Below, one piece after another: positions 29,435-38,411 of a stretch of 64,000 nt of DNA. Numbering within the stretch: the stretch's first letter is position 1; the number at the start of each line of letters is the position of its first letter. The DNA comes from Candidatus Chisholmbacteria bacterium (GTDB lineage: Bacteria; Patescibacteriota; Microgenomatia; UBA1400; Chisholmbacteraceae). The translations under genes were made by a program, and so were the position numbers. Below the pieces are notes generated by a model, which was not told the DNA's origin, made no database searches, and saw only the letters and a list, made by a program, of their open reading frames with translations. The stretch is taken from the NCBI GenBank assembly GCA_963704905.1, contig CAVPHZ010000001.1:259438-323437 (forward strand), read 5' to 3'.

Positions 29435-30574
29435 TCATATCTTCATTGAGAATCGCGTTTTTGCTTTTTCATGAATGATATTTGTGATCCGCCGATTTGC
29501 TACTGCCCATGACCATTCTTTTTCCATCTCTCTCGATGGTTGTCTTATATAGTTGGTGGGGAAAAACACTTTATATTTCATGTAGAACAATAACACTTTT
29601 TGTTGAATTTGTAAGTTATTCCTATAATTATTTACTTCTCTTTCTAGCTCCTTAGGCACAACCTCAGGAAAAAGTTCTTCCAATAACATGAATTGCCAAA
29701 ATAAATACTCTTTCAGTTTGAATTTTTTAAGAATTATAATAATTTCGTTCCATTTGATATTAGATTTATATGTTTGAATAACCTTCGCAAATTCTAACAA
29801 TCTAATCCCTAATTGAAAGTTGTGCTGTAGGAATAGGTGTAAGAATAGGCTCAATGTAAGTGTCGTGGGTGAAACTGTCGTTACATAAAGATTATGATAG
29901 TGAACCTTGTTTCTCCTTTTAAATATCTCCTGTGTAATCGCTGCAATGCTCTGATTGTTGAGAATGGGGGAGGTAAAAAAGTTATACGTATCCGCTACCG
30001 AAGTGTGTATTTCCACTCTATGACTTCCCTTTGAAAAAACTTCCTCTCTCCTTGGAAGAAAAAAATCTATTGAAGGAATGCGGTTTAGTTTTACTTCATT
30101 CGTTGATTCAGAAAGATATTGGTAACTGCTTTTAAATAAAATGTTGGTTGTTCTTTTGAATTCTTCTATAGGTATGAGTATATCAATATCATTTGGGATT
30201 TTTATTCTCTCCTTACCCCACAATTCGTGATTTCTTGCGTAGGTTTTTAAGATGATGTAATTAAGGTCTTGCGCTATTAACTCCTTGATTATCTTCTCTG
30301 ATTGTTTTTCATGCCACAGCGCCTTGAGTTGTATGTGGCGTTTCTGTTTGGTTAGGTTGTTCACAAGTTTTAGTGGGATGTGCTTTGACAAATTGTTACT
30401 TCTAAGTTGATTGATGACTACAACTTGTAAGAAGTTATTCTCTATGATATTCAAAACTTTCTCCCAGTGTAAATCTGATGTAGAGATTAGATTTTCTATT
30501 TTTCTAACAGTATTTTGTGAACGAGTGACTTCAAGTTGACAAAATAGTTTAATCAATTTAGTTTCTTTGAACAT
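29435..30574 (-). CDS. Putative nucleotidyltransferase (PF14907 'uncharacterised nucleotidyltransferase'-like)
   Basis: 379 aa; ...IILKTYARNHELWGKERIKIPNDIDILIPIEEF... resembles the G-x-R...DiDlLv pattern of that family. Family assignment is from memory of the motif. Confidence 0.45.
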   Translation of the reverse strand: MFKETKLIKLFCQLEVTRSQNTVRKIENLISTSDLHWEKVLNIIENNFLQVVVINQLRSNNLSKHIPLKLVNNLTKQKRHIQLKALWHEKQSEKIIKELIAQDLNYIILKTYARNHELWGKERIKIPNDIDILIPIEEFKRTTNILFKSSYQYLSESTNEVKLNRIPSIDFFLPRREEVFSKGSHRVEIHTSVADTYNFFTSPILNNQSIAAITQEIFKRRNKVHYHNLYVTTVSPTTLTLSLFLHLFLQHNFQLGIRLLEFAKVIQTYKSNIKWNEIIIILKKFKLKEYLFWQFMLLEELFPEVVPKELEREVNNYRNNLQIQQKVLLFYMKYKVFFPTNYIRQPSREMEKEWSWAVANRRITNIIHEKAKTRFSMKI

Positions 30575-30685
30575 TTTACTGCCTCGGAATGGTTATACAT
30601 CAAATTATTACAGCATTAGTCTTGAGAAAGTTTATATTCGTTCAAGTTTATATACATTCAATGTGGTATTTTGAATGCCTCATCT

Positions 30686-31135
30686 CTAACTATTCTTGAG
30701 TATCAAGCGATTAATATTAAGCACTCCTTTTCTTGTCAAAGACAAAATCTTTATCCTTGGGAAACGAACTGACAATCTAGTGAAAATTACTATTATGGGT
30801 GTGAGCGCTACTGTGGACAACTTTTTTTCGTAATGCTTCCACTTTCCGTCTATCTTGATGCTTGTCACTTTTCCCTCAATTATCTTTATTTTATTTCTCT
30901 GATCAAAGTGTCTATTCGCATCCGCTACTGTTTTGATACCACCATTAGTGGTCTTGATTACCCTATGAACTAGTGGGATTTCTGTTCCGTTACTTCTTAT
31001 ATAGGTAACTCCGATAATATCTCCAACTTTTATTTTCTCTTTTATAGCTCTATTTAATAACAACAGTTCGCCTTTGCGGATTGTTGGCTCCATACTTCTA
31101 CTGTTGATTCTTACTAGATTTATAAATTTTTCCAT
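30686..31135 (-). CDS. Signal peptidase I of the SipW/Sec11 (S26B, ER/archaeal) type
   Basis: 149 aa; box B NSRSMEPTIRKGELLLL, box D VGDIIGVTY...IPLVHRVIK, C-terminal TM. This is the SipW/Sec11 pattern (Ser-Met-Glu-Pro ... His-Arg-Val). Confidence 0.6.
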   Translation of the reverse strand: MEKFINLVRINSRSMEPTIRKGELLLLNRAIKEKIKVGDIIGVTYIRSNGTEIPLVHRVIKTTNGGIKTVADANRHFDQRNKIKIIEGKVTSIKIDGKWKHYEKKLSTVALTPIIVIFTRLSVRFPRIKILSLTRKGVLNINRLILKNS

Positions 31136-31272
31136 ATTTCTTATTGTGTTATTTGCTCTTTTTCACGATAATCCTAATGTTCCTTATCACGTAATTTTAC
31201 CCTACTAACATTAATCGATTTGCTCATTCTCCTTTTCGCAAATTAATTGGTAGAATAATCTTCTAATACATC

Positions 31273-31899
31273 ATGAATTTTTCAAAAGGGTCAACTATTG
31301 TTGCTTTCGGAGCTCATCCAGATGATATCGAAGTTGGAATGGGTGGAACATTAGCCTATCTCTCAAGTTCATTTAAGGTTTTTCCGGTGATTGCCACTGT
31401 GCCAAATAATAAACGAACCAGAGTGAATGAAGCTAAAAACGCAGCAGCACTTCTAGGTATTCGGCAACCGATTTTTTTGAACATTTCAAAGAATGATTTC
31501 CTTTTTACACGTAAAGTAGTAACCCTTATAGACAAATTGGTTGATAAACTTGATCCAGATTATGTTTTCACTCACTGGATTGGTGATTCCCACCAAGACC
31601 ATCAAAACCTAACTAAGGTTGTAATTTCAGTTTGCAGGAAAAATCGATCTTCCCTTTTTATGTATGAAAGCATGATCCCTGGTGGGATAACGGATAAGGC
31701 TTTTCGAGCGCAGCTTTATGTTGATATTTCTGCTCATTTTAAAAAGAAAATATCCTCAATCAGAGCGAGTAAAACGCAACTCTCAAAACATGGTGCGTCT
31801 TGGCTAAAAGGAATAGAAGGAAGGTCGAGGTTGCGAGGATTTGAAATTGGAACTAAATACGCAGAAGCGTTTGAGGTGATAAAAATCGTACATAAATAG
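31273..31899 (+). CDS. PIG-L/LmbE-family deacetylase (second copy)
   Basis: TIVAFGAHPDDIEVGMGGT and HWIGDSHQDHQN motifs. Confidence 0.7.
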   Translation: MNFSKGSTIVAFGAHPDDIEVGMGGTLAYLSSSFKVFPVIATVPNNKRTRVNEAKNAAALLGIRQPIFLNISKNDFLFTRKVVTLIDKLVDKLDPDYVFTHWIGDSHQDHQNLTKVVISVCRKNRSSLFMYESMIPGGITDKAFRAQLYVDISAHFKKKISSIRASKTQLSKHGASWLKGIEGRSRLRGFEIGTKYAEAFEVIKIVHK

Positions 31900-32073
31900 T
31901 CATGAGATAACTTCTTTTTTTGACTTTTTATTTACTGAGCCGGTTTAACACCTCAAATACTAAATCAACACTATACATTTTTCTGCATTTCTTGCTAAGC
32001 TTTTGAGATTTCCTCCAAAGATAATTCCAATATTATTCCAGAAGTATATTCACTGCCATTAGTTATATTGCTC

Positions 32074-33324
32074 TTAATAAAATGTGGTAATTCCGTACTT
32101 CTTCAGTTCTTTTGAGGCGTTGTTTATTCTTCTTTTTACAACTTTCTTTGGGACTTTCGGTTCCAGTGTCGTTGATCTTGCTTCAGGTCTTTCACTATAC
32201 TCGAAGAGTGTCACCTGTTGAAATCCAATTTTTTTTATCGTATTTATCGTTTTTTGAAAATCTTTTTCAGTTTCTGTAGGAAAACCGACAATTACCTGCG
32301 TATCGATCCGTAATTCTGGATATTCCTTTTTTAATTCGAGCATTGCTATTTCTATTTCTTCAATTTTTCCCCTTCTTAGCATAAGTTTTAGTACTCTGTT
32401 GCTCCCAGATTGGATCGGACATAGAATCCTAGTAATTTTTTTTGTCTTTATAATTTTTTTCAGCTCTTCACGATAGTTGATCAACCATTCAGGATCTAGT
32501 TCTGAAATTGAAATGTTGTATTTTCCTTTATGTTTCACGATCTCTTCTAAGAGTCCTGGAAAGGTTTCTCCAATATCTAAACCATACAGTCCAACATTAT
32601 CAGATAATATATTGAATTCTTTATATCCTTCTGTGAGTCCTTCTTCGAATTCTCTTACACAGACATCTAAAGGTTTGCTTCTTAGTCTCCCGACGGCTTT
32701 CCATATGACACAATATGAACACCTTCTGCTGCATCCCCAACCAACTCTAATATGGTAAGTTCTTGCTGCAATAGAGTCAGGCCTGACATTATCAATACTC
32801 TCTAGTATTGATGGTGAAATATATGTAAGAAGGTGAACACTTTTATTTTTTAGACCATGAAAGGTGTATTTCATTGCTTTATAAAACACACTTCTGTTGT
32901 CACTATCGTTATTAACGTGAGGGAAATTGCTTTTGATATCACCTCGTTTTCTCTTGAATGTTTGATTAGCATCTCGCAGTGTAGAGAATTTAATCTTCAA
33001 GTGTGGATTTATGTTGTCAAATTTTTCAAGATTATCAGTTGCCAGCGCTTCTCCTTGGTGTATCTCTTTTAAACGCCTTGGGTTGATGTTAACAAGACAC
33101 CCAGTTACAATTAATTTTCCTTTATGTTTCTGGAGTGCACGGATTCTTTCTATCGACTTTTCTTCGTCTCTTCCTCTAAACGCACATGTATTTAAGATCA
33201 TTGTATTTGCTAAAGCAGGATGCCCGATCCAGTAATAGCCATTACTCGTAAAATAGCTTTTCATTTTTTGGGTGTCCAATAACCTTCTAGGACATCCTAA
33301 TGATTCGATATACACTGTCTTCAT
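32074..33324 (-). CDS. Radical SAM methylthiotransferase (MiaB/RimO/MtaB family), no TRAM domain
   Basis: N-terminal MTTase domain (VYIESLGCP...NTCAF...VTGCL) and radical SAM HIRVGWGCSRRCSYC; 416 aa. No C-terminal TRAM-like domain visible. Confidence 0.7.
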   Translation of the reverse strand: MKTVYIESLGCPRRLLDTQKMKSYFTSNGYYWIGHPALANTMILNTCAFRGRDEEKSIERIRALQKHKGKLIVTGCLVNINPRRLKEIHQGEALATDNLEKFDNINPHLKIKFSTLRDANQTFKRKRGDIKSNFPHVNNDSDNRSVFYKAMKYTFHGLKNKSVHLLTYISPSILESIDNVRPDSIAARTYHIRVGWGCSRRCSYCVIWKAVGRLRSKPLDVCVREFEEGLTEGYKEFNILSDNVGLYGLDIGETFPGLLEEIVKHKGKYNISISELDPEWLINYREELKKIIKTKKITRILCPIQSGSNRVLKLMLRRGKIEEIEIAMLELKKEYPELRIDTQVIVGFPTETEKDFQKTINTIKKIGFQQVTLFEYSERPEARSTTLEPKVPKKVVKRRINNASKELKKYGITTFY

Positions 33325-33531
33325 TTCACCTTACCTTTTTCAGAGTGCTTTTATATTATCTTCCCTTGATCATTCATTACCCATTGAGCTGGTGATTCCG
33401 ATCGAGAGAATCCCATTATACGCATGCATCGGTAACAGTTTTTTAAGATTTATTTTGATGCTTTGTGTCTTAACTATTTTCATTTCGATTGGTCTGTTTG
33501 AACTCTGGTAGTTACTATTCTAATCATTAAT

Positions 33532-34071
33532 TTACAATTTTAGCTCCTTTATTTCTAGGTTGTCCCATTTCTCTTTGCGTAACTGATTTTCAAAATGCGA
33601 GAATCTATAATTCTTACCATATCTTTTCACTCCTATTGTATGACGAAAGAATGTCATATGACCAACTACAGTGACTGAGTGGTATCTTTCACTTCTCATG
33701 TACGTGAGGAATCTGCACGCTCTCTCTTTTATCTCGTTGAAGCTCTCACTGCTGTCATACTTCCAATCTGGATTTTGTCTTATTTGCTGGATATGTTCTT
33801 TCCAAAAGTTACGAACAACGTCTAGTGGTTGAGCGTATAATACTTTTGGAGCAACGTATTCATAAATGAAATCAAGTATTTCGTATTCTTGAAAGAGCAT
33901 CTCAGCTGTTTGCCTTGCCCTTATTAGAGGTGATGTGTATACCTTCTCTGGTTTTAGACCTGATGCTGTGTTAAACAAATTTCCTGAAGTTACAATGGGG
34001 GTATCCTCTCTTGGGTATAATCCTTGTAAAGCATCAATAGTCTTTGCGTGCCTTAATAAGACTAGTTTCAT
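33532..34071 (-). CDS. Histidine phosphatase (phosphoglycerate-mutase-like) family protein
   Basis: MKLVLLRHAKT (RHG motif), ...SPLIRARQTAE..., VVGHMTFF. Confidence 0.65.
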   Translation of the reverse strand: MKLVLLRHAKTIDALQGLYPREDTPIVTSGNLFNTASGLKPEKVYTSPLIRARQTAEMLFQEYEILDFIYEYVAPKVLYAQPLDVVRNFWKEHIQQIRQNPDWKYDSSESFNEIKERACRFLTYMRSERYHSVTVVGHMTFFRHTIGVKRYGKNYRFSHFENQLRKEKWDNLEIKELKL

Positions 34072-34304
34072 TTATTCTGTGAATTAATAATGATTGGCGC
34101 GAGTATTTTAGCAATTCTCTTGAGTTAGTATTAGATAAACTACTTTATGAATATATTGTTAGGTTCTACAATTATTAGTATAGTTCATTTAGCACGTTTC
34201 GGGCGATAATATGATTTCTAACGTAACAGCGCAGGCTCATTGTCGAGAATACCAAGTTCGTTGCAACTTTATTCAATGTCTGGAGGTAGTACCTTAATTT
34301 TCTG

Positions 34305-35249
34305 ATGGTTGAAAAAGATGTTTCAATACTCATTTCCGGCGCAGGTGCGGCTGCTGGAATCGGTGCTATTAAGTCACTTCGTCTGGCAAATTTTAGTGGG
34401 AAAATTACGGCAATAGATAGTTCAGATTACTCTGCAGGTTTCTATCTTGCTGATAGGAACTATGTTGTTCCGCGAGCAAGAAATCCTAAGTATATTGGAA
34501 GACTGTTTGAGATTGTTGAAGAAGAGCGTATCAATCTCATTATCCCGACATCCGGTTTTGATATTTTTCCTATATCAAAACATGCGTCTGAGTTGAATAA
34601 AAAAGGCGTCGTTGTTTTTATGAGTGACTATTCAACCATGTTGTTGTGTTCTGATAAATATCAAGCGGCAATGAAGGTGTCCGCTTTTTCACCAATACCA
34701 AAGCACTACAAAACTATTCGACAAGTGAAGGAATATCCAGTTTTTATTAAACCACTTAAAGGTAAGGGTTCAATAAATTGCTATGTTTGCAAGAGTAGAA
34801 GAGAAGTTGAGGCTTATCAGCGTTTGGTTGGTGATAACTTCATTATTCAAGAGCATCTTCCTGGCAAGGAATACACTGTTGATCTATTGTCCGATTTCAA
34901 TAGAAAGGTTGTTGTGGCAGTTCCGAGACTAAGGATAAGAACTGAATCTGGGATATCTACAACAGGTAAAGTTCTATTGGATCCGAATTTGAGTAGCCTA
35001 GCGAAAAAAATATGTCATTTCATTGGCATCATTGGGCCTGCTTGCATCCAATTTAAAGAAGATCGACGTCGACAGGTGAAGTTTACTGAAATTAATCCAC
35101 GTTTGGGAGGGGGATCGATAATTTCCACTATCGCGGGGGTTAATATTCCTCGACTCCTCATAGATCTTTTCTTAAATAGATCGTTTCCAACTCCAAAGTT
35201 TCAAGAAGTACTCGTTACGAGGTATCTCGAGGAAAAATCACTCAACTAA
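34305..35249 (+). CDS. ATP-grasp domain ligase (CarB/PylC-like fold, 314 aa)
   Basis: ILISGAGAAAGIGAIKSL..., YPVFIKPLKGKGSINCYVCKS..., IIQEHLPGKEYTVD..., ACIQFKE...FTEINPRLGGG match ATP-grasp A/B/C subdomain motifs. Confidence 0.65.
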   Translation: MVEKDVSILISGAGAAAGIGAIKSLRLANFSGKITAIDSSDYSAGFYLADRNYVVPRARNPKYIGRLFEIVEEERINLIIPTSGFDIFPISKHASELNKKGVVVFMSDYSTMLLCSDKYQAAMKVSAFSPIPKHYKTIRQVKEYPVFIKPLKGKGSINCYVCKSRREVEAYQRLVGDNFIIQEHLPGKEYTVDLLSDFNRKVVVAVPRLRIRTESGISTTGKVLLDPNLSSLAKKICHFIGIIGPACIQFKEDRRRQVKFTEINPRLGGGSIISTIAGVNIPRLLIDLFLNRSFPTPKFQEVLVTRYLEEKSLN

Positions 35250-36279
35250 TGCTTTTATAATTCTTCCACAATTTTTTTAAGACGTTATCTGTGTATTTTT
35301 CTCGTATTGCTTTCCGTGAAGTATGAAATTGTAAGTTTTCCAATTCGTTTACTTCTTTCGTGCTTATTTCCAAATACCTACACGCTCGTCTTATTGCAGA
35401 GGAGACGATCGTCTTGTCTTCTATTTTTTTTCTAAAATATACTGCATCTAAGATAAACATTAATAGTCTACGCGAAAAGTACTCTTGACGAAGATTAATC
35501 AATCGATTCTGATCACTGCGAAGTTGTTTCATTAATTGAGCTTGAGATTTTTTTTCAAATATTTCATCTCGAATAGCTCTGTGCCTTTCTCCCGCAATGC
35601 TCCCAAGTGGGTCGATCCAAAATCGTCGATTCGATGATCTCATGTCTGGACTCGAGGTAGAGAATTTGTATCCTAAGTAGAAACAATGACGACTCCAGAA
35701 AATTGAAGATTCTTGTGGAAGAGGAATTTGCTCAGTAGAGAATGCGAGATTGTTGAACTTGGCGCTCACTACTCCAAAATACCCTCCAAAAAAGAATGGT
35801 CCAAATAGTTTGTTTTCGATGTTTTCTTGCCAACTAATTAATTTCATCAAGTCTGGTAAAAACACTTGTCTTTGCAACCTGACTAAGGGAAGGTATCTTA
35901 CCCTTCCTCTTAAAACGTCGGCGTTGGGGTTTTTGACAAAGTCTTTTCGTATGTTGATATAAAAATCTCTCAAGGGCCAATTGTCAGCGTCGGTACTTAA
36001 TAAATGAGTGGCTCGCTGTGAGGCGTGTTTTAATCCTTTATGTTTTGCGTACAGAGCGCCTTCTCTCTTCTCGTATATTACATCCAAGTTTATTTGTTTG
36101 TTCCATTTGTGCCAGGATTTTATCTTCCGCACCGTCGCATCCGTGCTATTGTTATCAACAATAACAAAGAGTATCTTCTGATCTTCTTGAGTGGTGAACT
36201 TCTCAAGTGCAGATACTATGTATCTTTCCTCATTATGTGTGGGGATTACCACCGCAATATCGAAATCCATGGCACTCAT
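35242..36279 (-). CDS. GT2-like glycosyltransferase with ~120-aa C-terminal extension (paralog 1 of 2)
   Basis: IAVVIPTHNEERYI...FVIVDNNSTD...LSTDADN; homologous along its length to 37374..38411 (shared GPFFFGGYF/GPYFFGSHF and ...RRL.../...RFLW... blocks). Confidence 0.65.
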   Translation of the reverse strand: MSAMDFDIAVVIPTHNEERYIVSALEKFTTQEDQKILFVIVDNNSTDATVRKIKSWHKWNKQINLDVIYEKREGALYAKHKGLKHASQRATHLLSTDADNWPLRDFYINIRKDFVKNPNADVLRGRVRYLPLVRLQRQVFLPDLMKLISWQENIENKLFGPFFFGGYFGVVSAKFNNLAFSTEQIPLPQESSIFWSRHCFYLGYKFSTSSPDMRSSNRRFWIDPLGSIAGERHRAIRDEIFEKKSQAQLMKQLRSDQNRLINLRQEYFSRRLLMFILDAVYFRKKIEDKTIVSSAIRRACRYLEISTKEVNELENLQFHTSRKAIREKYTDNVLKKLWKNYKSIS

Positions 36280-36291
36280 CCAGAATCTACT

Positions 36292-36555
36292 TTACTCAAT
36301 CAATAGTTTTTTTCTTCTTAGCTTGTTCAACAACTTCTCAACGTCAGCTTTTGCGGATAGATGGCTGACGTCATATTCTACTTTCAGTTTATTTATTATT
36401 TCGTCTTGAGATCTTGCCTTTGCTAAGAACTTCCAAATCAGAGTAGCAGATTCGTTAAGGCTGATAATTTCATCCTTTTCTTCGTCGAGGATGTGCATTT
36501 CTCCGTCCACTTCTTGGCAAATTATTTTCTTTTTTCTTTGATATTTTTTAGCCAT
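36292..36555 (-). CDS. PqqD-family protein (RiPP recognition element, RRE)
   Basis: 87 aa; ...QEVDGEMHILDEEKDEIISLNESATLIWKFLAKARSQDEIINKLKVEYDVSHLSAKADVEKLLNKLRRKKLLIE matches the PqqD consensus (vdGe..lld....i..LNeta..iW.l.....t.eeIv..L...Ydv......aDv..fl..L...gLI). Confidence 0.8.
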   Translation of the reverse strand: MAKKYQRKKKIICQEVDGEMHILDEEKDEIISLNESATLIWKFLAKARSQDEIINKLKVEYDVSHLSAKADVEKLLNKLRRKKLLIE

Positions 36556-37384
36556 CTTCGGTAATTTTCTTTATCAATATAGGAATAAAGTCTGAATCTG
36601 GGCGTAATTTTATTTGATATATGTCTACGTTGTCAATAAAACTGAAAATAAGCTTCCCGAACTCTTTGATTTCCTTTTGACTGAATAATGTATTTGGCAT
36701 AAACGGAATGTGAGAGTTCATTCTTATCAATGACAATTTATCTGAAAAACTCAGATTATTAATTTTATGCCTTTCTCCATGCGATGGAGAAAATACAGCT
36801 TTAACGATATACGGTGAATTATTATGAATATGTTGTTTAAAGATATCAAATCTGTTTGTTTCTAAAAAAGGAGAGGGATAGATAACAAATTCATTATTTT
36901 TTTTAAAAATAAACGCTGAGTTGTCCGAGAGTATCACTGATCCTGGTATTCGTTTCTTGATTAAATCTACTATTGTTGATTTTCCGCTTCCAGATTTTCC
37001 AGAAAAAATTATTGCTTTTTTTTCAATAAGAATCGATGATGCGTGAAGCACGAATCCGCCTGACTTGTGAAGAATGATATTAAAAATTCTTGCAATGAAT
37101 TGATGGACTGCGGGGTATAAAAAAATTGGTGCTTTTGAAGCGTGGATTGTGAATAAGTTGGATTTTGGATTTTGAAAAAAAGTGAGCGATATGTTTCTTT
37201 CACTGCTGTCTTTTATTTTTAATCTTGTGTGAATTAACCCTTTCTTGCTCTTGAGTTTGCACGAAATAAATTGACAGTTTTCATATAATTTTGTGAAATA
37301 TTTTATCCAATCAGACGCTGCTATAAGTTCGCACTCCATGTTTGCGTACTGTATGAATACTTGTTCATGCTTGCTACTTTTCAT
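36548..37384 (-). CDS. HPr kinase C-terminal-domain-like P-loop kinase (HprK_C, PF07475-like), as found in RRE-associated kinase pairs
   Basis: 278 aa; GGFVLHASSILIEKKAIIFSGKSGSGKSTIVDLI...VILSDNSAFIF = HprK_C-like P-loop; overlaps the PqqD gene by 8 nt. Confidence 0.7.
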   Translation of the reverse strand: MKSSKHEQVFIQYANMECELIAASDWIKYFTKLYENCQFISCKLKSKKGLIHTRLKIKDSSERNISLTFFQNPKSNLFTIHASKAPIFLYPAVHQFIARIFNIILHKSGGFVLHASSILIEKKAIIFSGKSGSGKSTIVDLIKKRIPGSVILSDNSAFIFKKNNEFVIYPSPFLETNRFDIFKQHIHNNSPYIVKAVFSPSHGERHKINNLSFSDKLSLIRMNSHIPFMPNTLFSQKEIKEFGKLIFSFIDNVDIYQIKLRPDSDFIPILIKKITEDG

Positions 37385-38411
37385 CTAGATACCTGTTCAT
37401 TTTCACATTAATTTGTTTTAATACATCAGCTTCTAAGCGGTTGAATATTTTAGCTTGATTAACTATTCCATTTTCTTTCGTCAAGAGTTCCTCCGTATGG
37501 TTAATAAATCCCAGTGCCTTCTGCATTGCCCTTCTGGCGTTATGGTGGATTTGATTAGTTTGAACCCAGAAAACATAAGCATCGATCATTGACCAGAGAA
37601 ATCTCTTTGAAAATTTAGCCACTAGTTTTCCTTTCAACTTACTCGCTTCATTATCTGACATTCTTTTAAATTGTATTCCTTGATCGCTTACATCTTTGTC
37701 ATATGGTGAGCTCACATTTCCTATATATTCCGCAATTGTTCTCTCTTGGTAGAGTAGTATTCTTCTGTCGTGTGGCTTAACAGCGAGTTTTGAACGCAAA
37801 AATTTTCCGCCAAGATAATGGCATCTTCTGGAAAGTAAGATGTCTTCGCCCATATACTTTTCATGATTCTCGGGATTAAATAAAAGAATATTTCTATAGA
37901 ACTTGGTTCGGATTGCAAAGTGTGATCCAAAGAAATATGGTCCAAATATTGAGTATTCAAGATTCCATATTTTTCTTTGCATGTTTACAATCTCTGGAGC
38001 TGTAATTTTTTTCCACAACCTAATTCTTGGATTGATTGCTTTTCTGCCAGACAGAATATCTATACGCTCCTCCGCAAAAGAGTCGACAGTAGATTGGATT
38101 AGGTTTGATGGAAACGTTGTGTCGGCATCGGTGCTAATTAAAATGTCTGATGATGTTTTTGAAGCCTTATCTAAACCTGTCCTTCTGGAGTATACCGTCC
38201 CTTGTCGTCTTTCTTGAATGATGCTGTAGGTGATGCCAGATTTTCTGCAGAACTCTTCTATGATTTCTGGAGTCTTGTCTATGCAATTGTTATTTACAAA
38301 AATTACCTCCCACTTAATATTGGATGCTGTTTGTTGATTAGCGAGGCATATTAAGGTATTCGTTATGTAGTATTCTTCGTTGAAAAATGGAATAACTACT
38401 GCACAGTTCAT
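37374..38411 (-). CDS. GT2-like glycosyltransferase with C-terminal extension (paralog 2 of 2)
   Basis: CAVVIPFFNEEYYI...VIFVNNNCID...ISTDADT; same architecture as 35242..36279. Confidence 0.65.
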   Translation of the reverse strand: MNCAVVIPFFNEEYYITNTLICLANQQTASNIKWEVIFVNNNCIDKTPEIIEEFCRKSGITYSIIQERRQGTVYSRRTGLDKASKTSSDILISTDADTTFPSNLIQSTVDSFAEERIDILSGRKAINPRIRLWKKITAPEIVNMQRKIWNLEYSIFGPYFFGSHFAIRTKFYRNILLFNPENHEKYMGEDILLSRRCHYLGGKFLRSKLAVKPHDRRILLYQERTIAEYIGNVSSPYDKDVSDQGIQFKRMSDNEASKLKGKLVAKFSKRFLWSMIDAYVFWVQTNQIHHNARRAMQKALGFINHTEELLTKENGIVNQAKIFNRLEADVLKQINVKMNRYLDEK

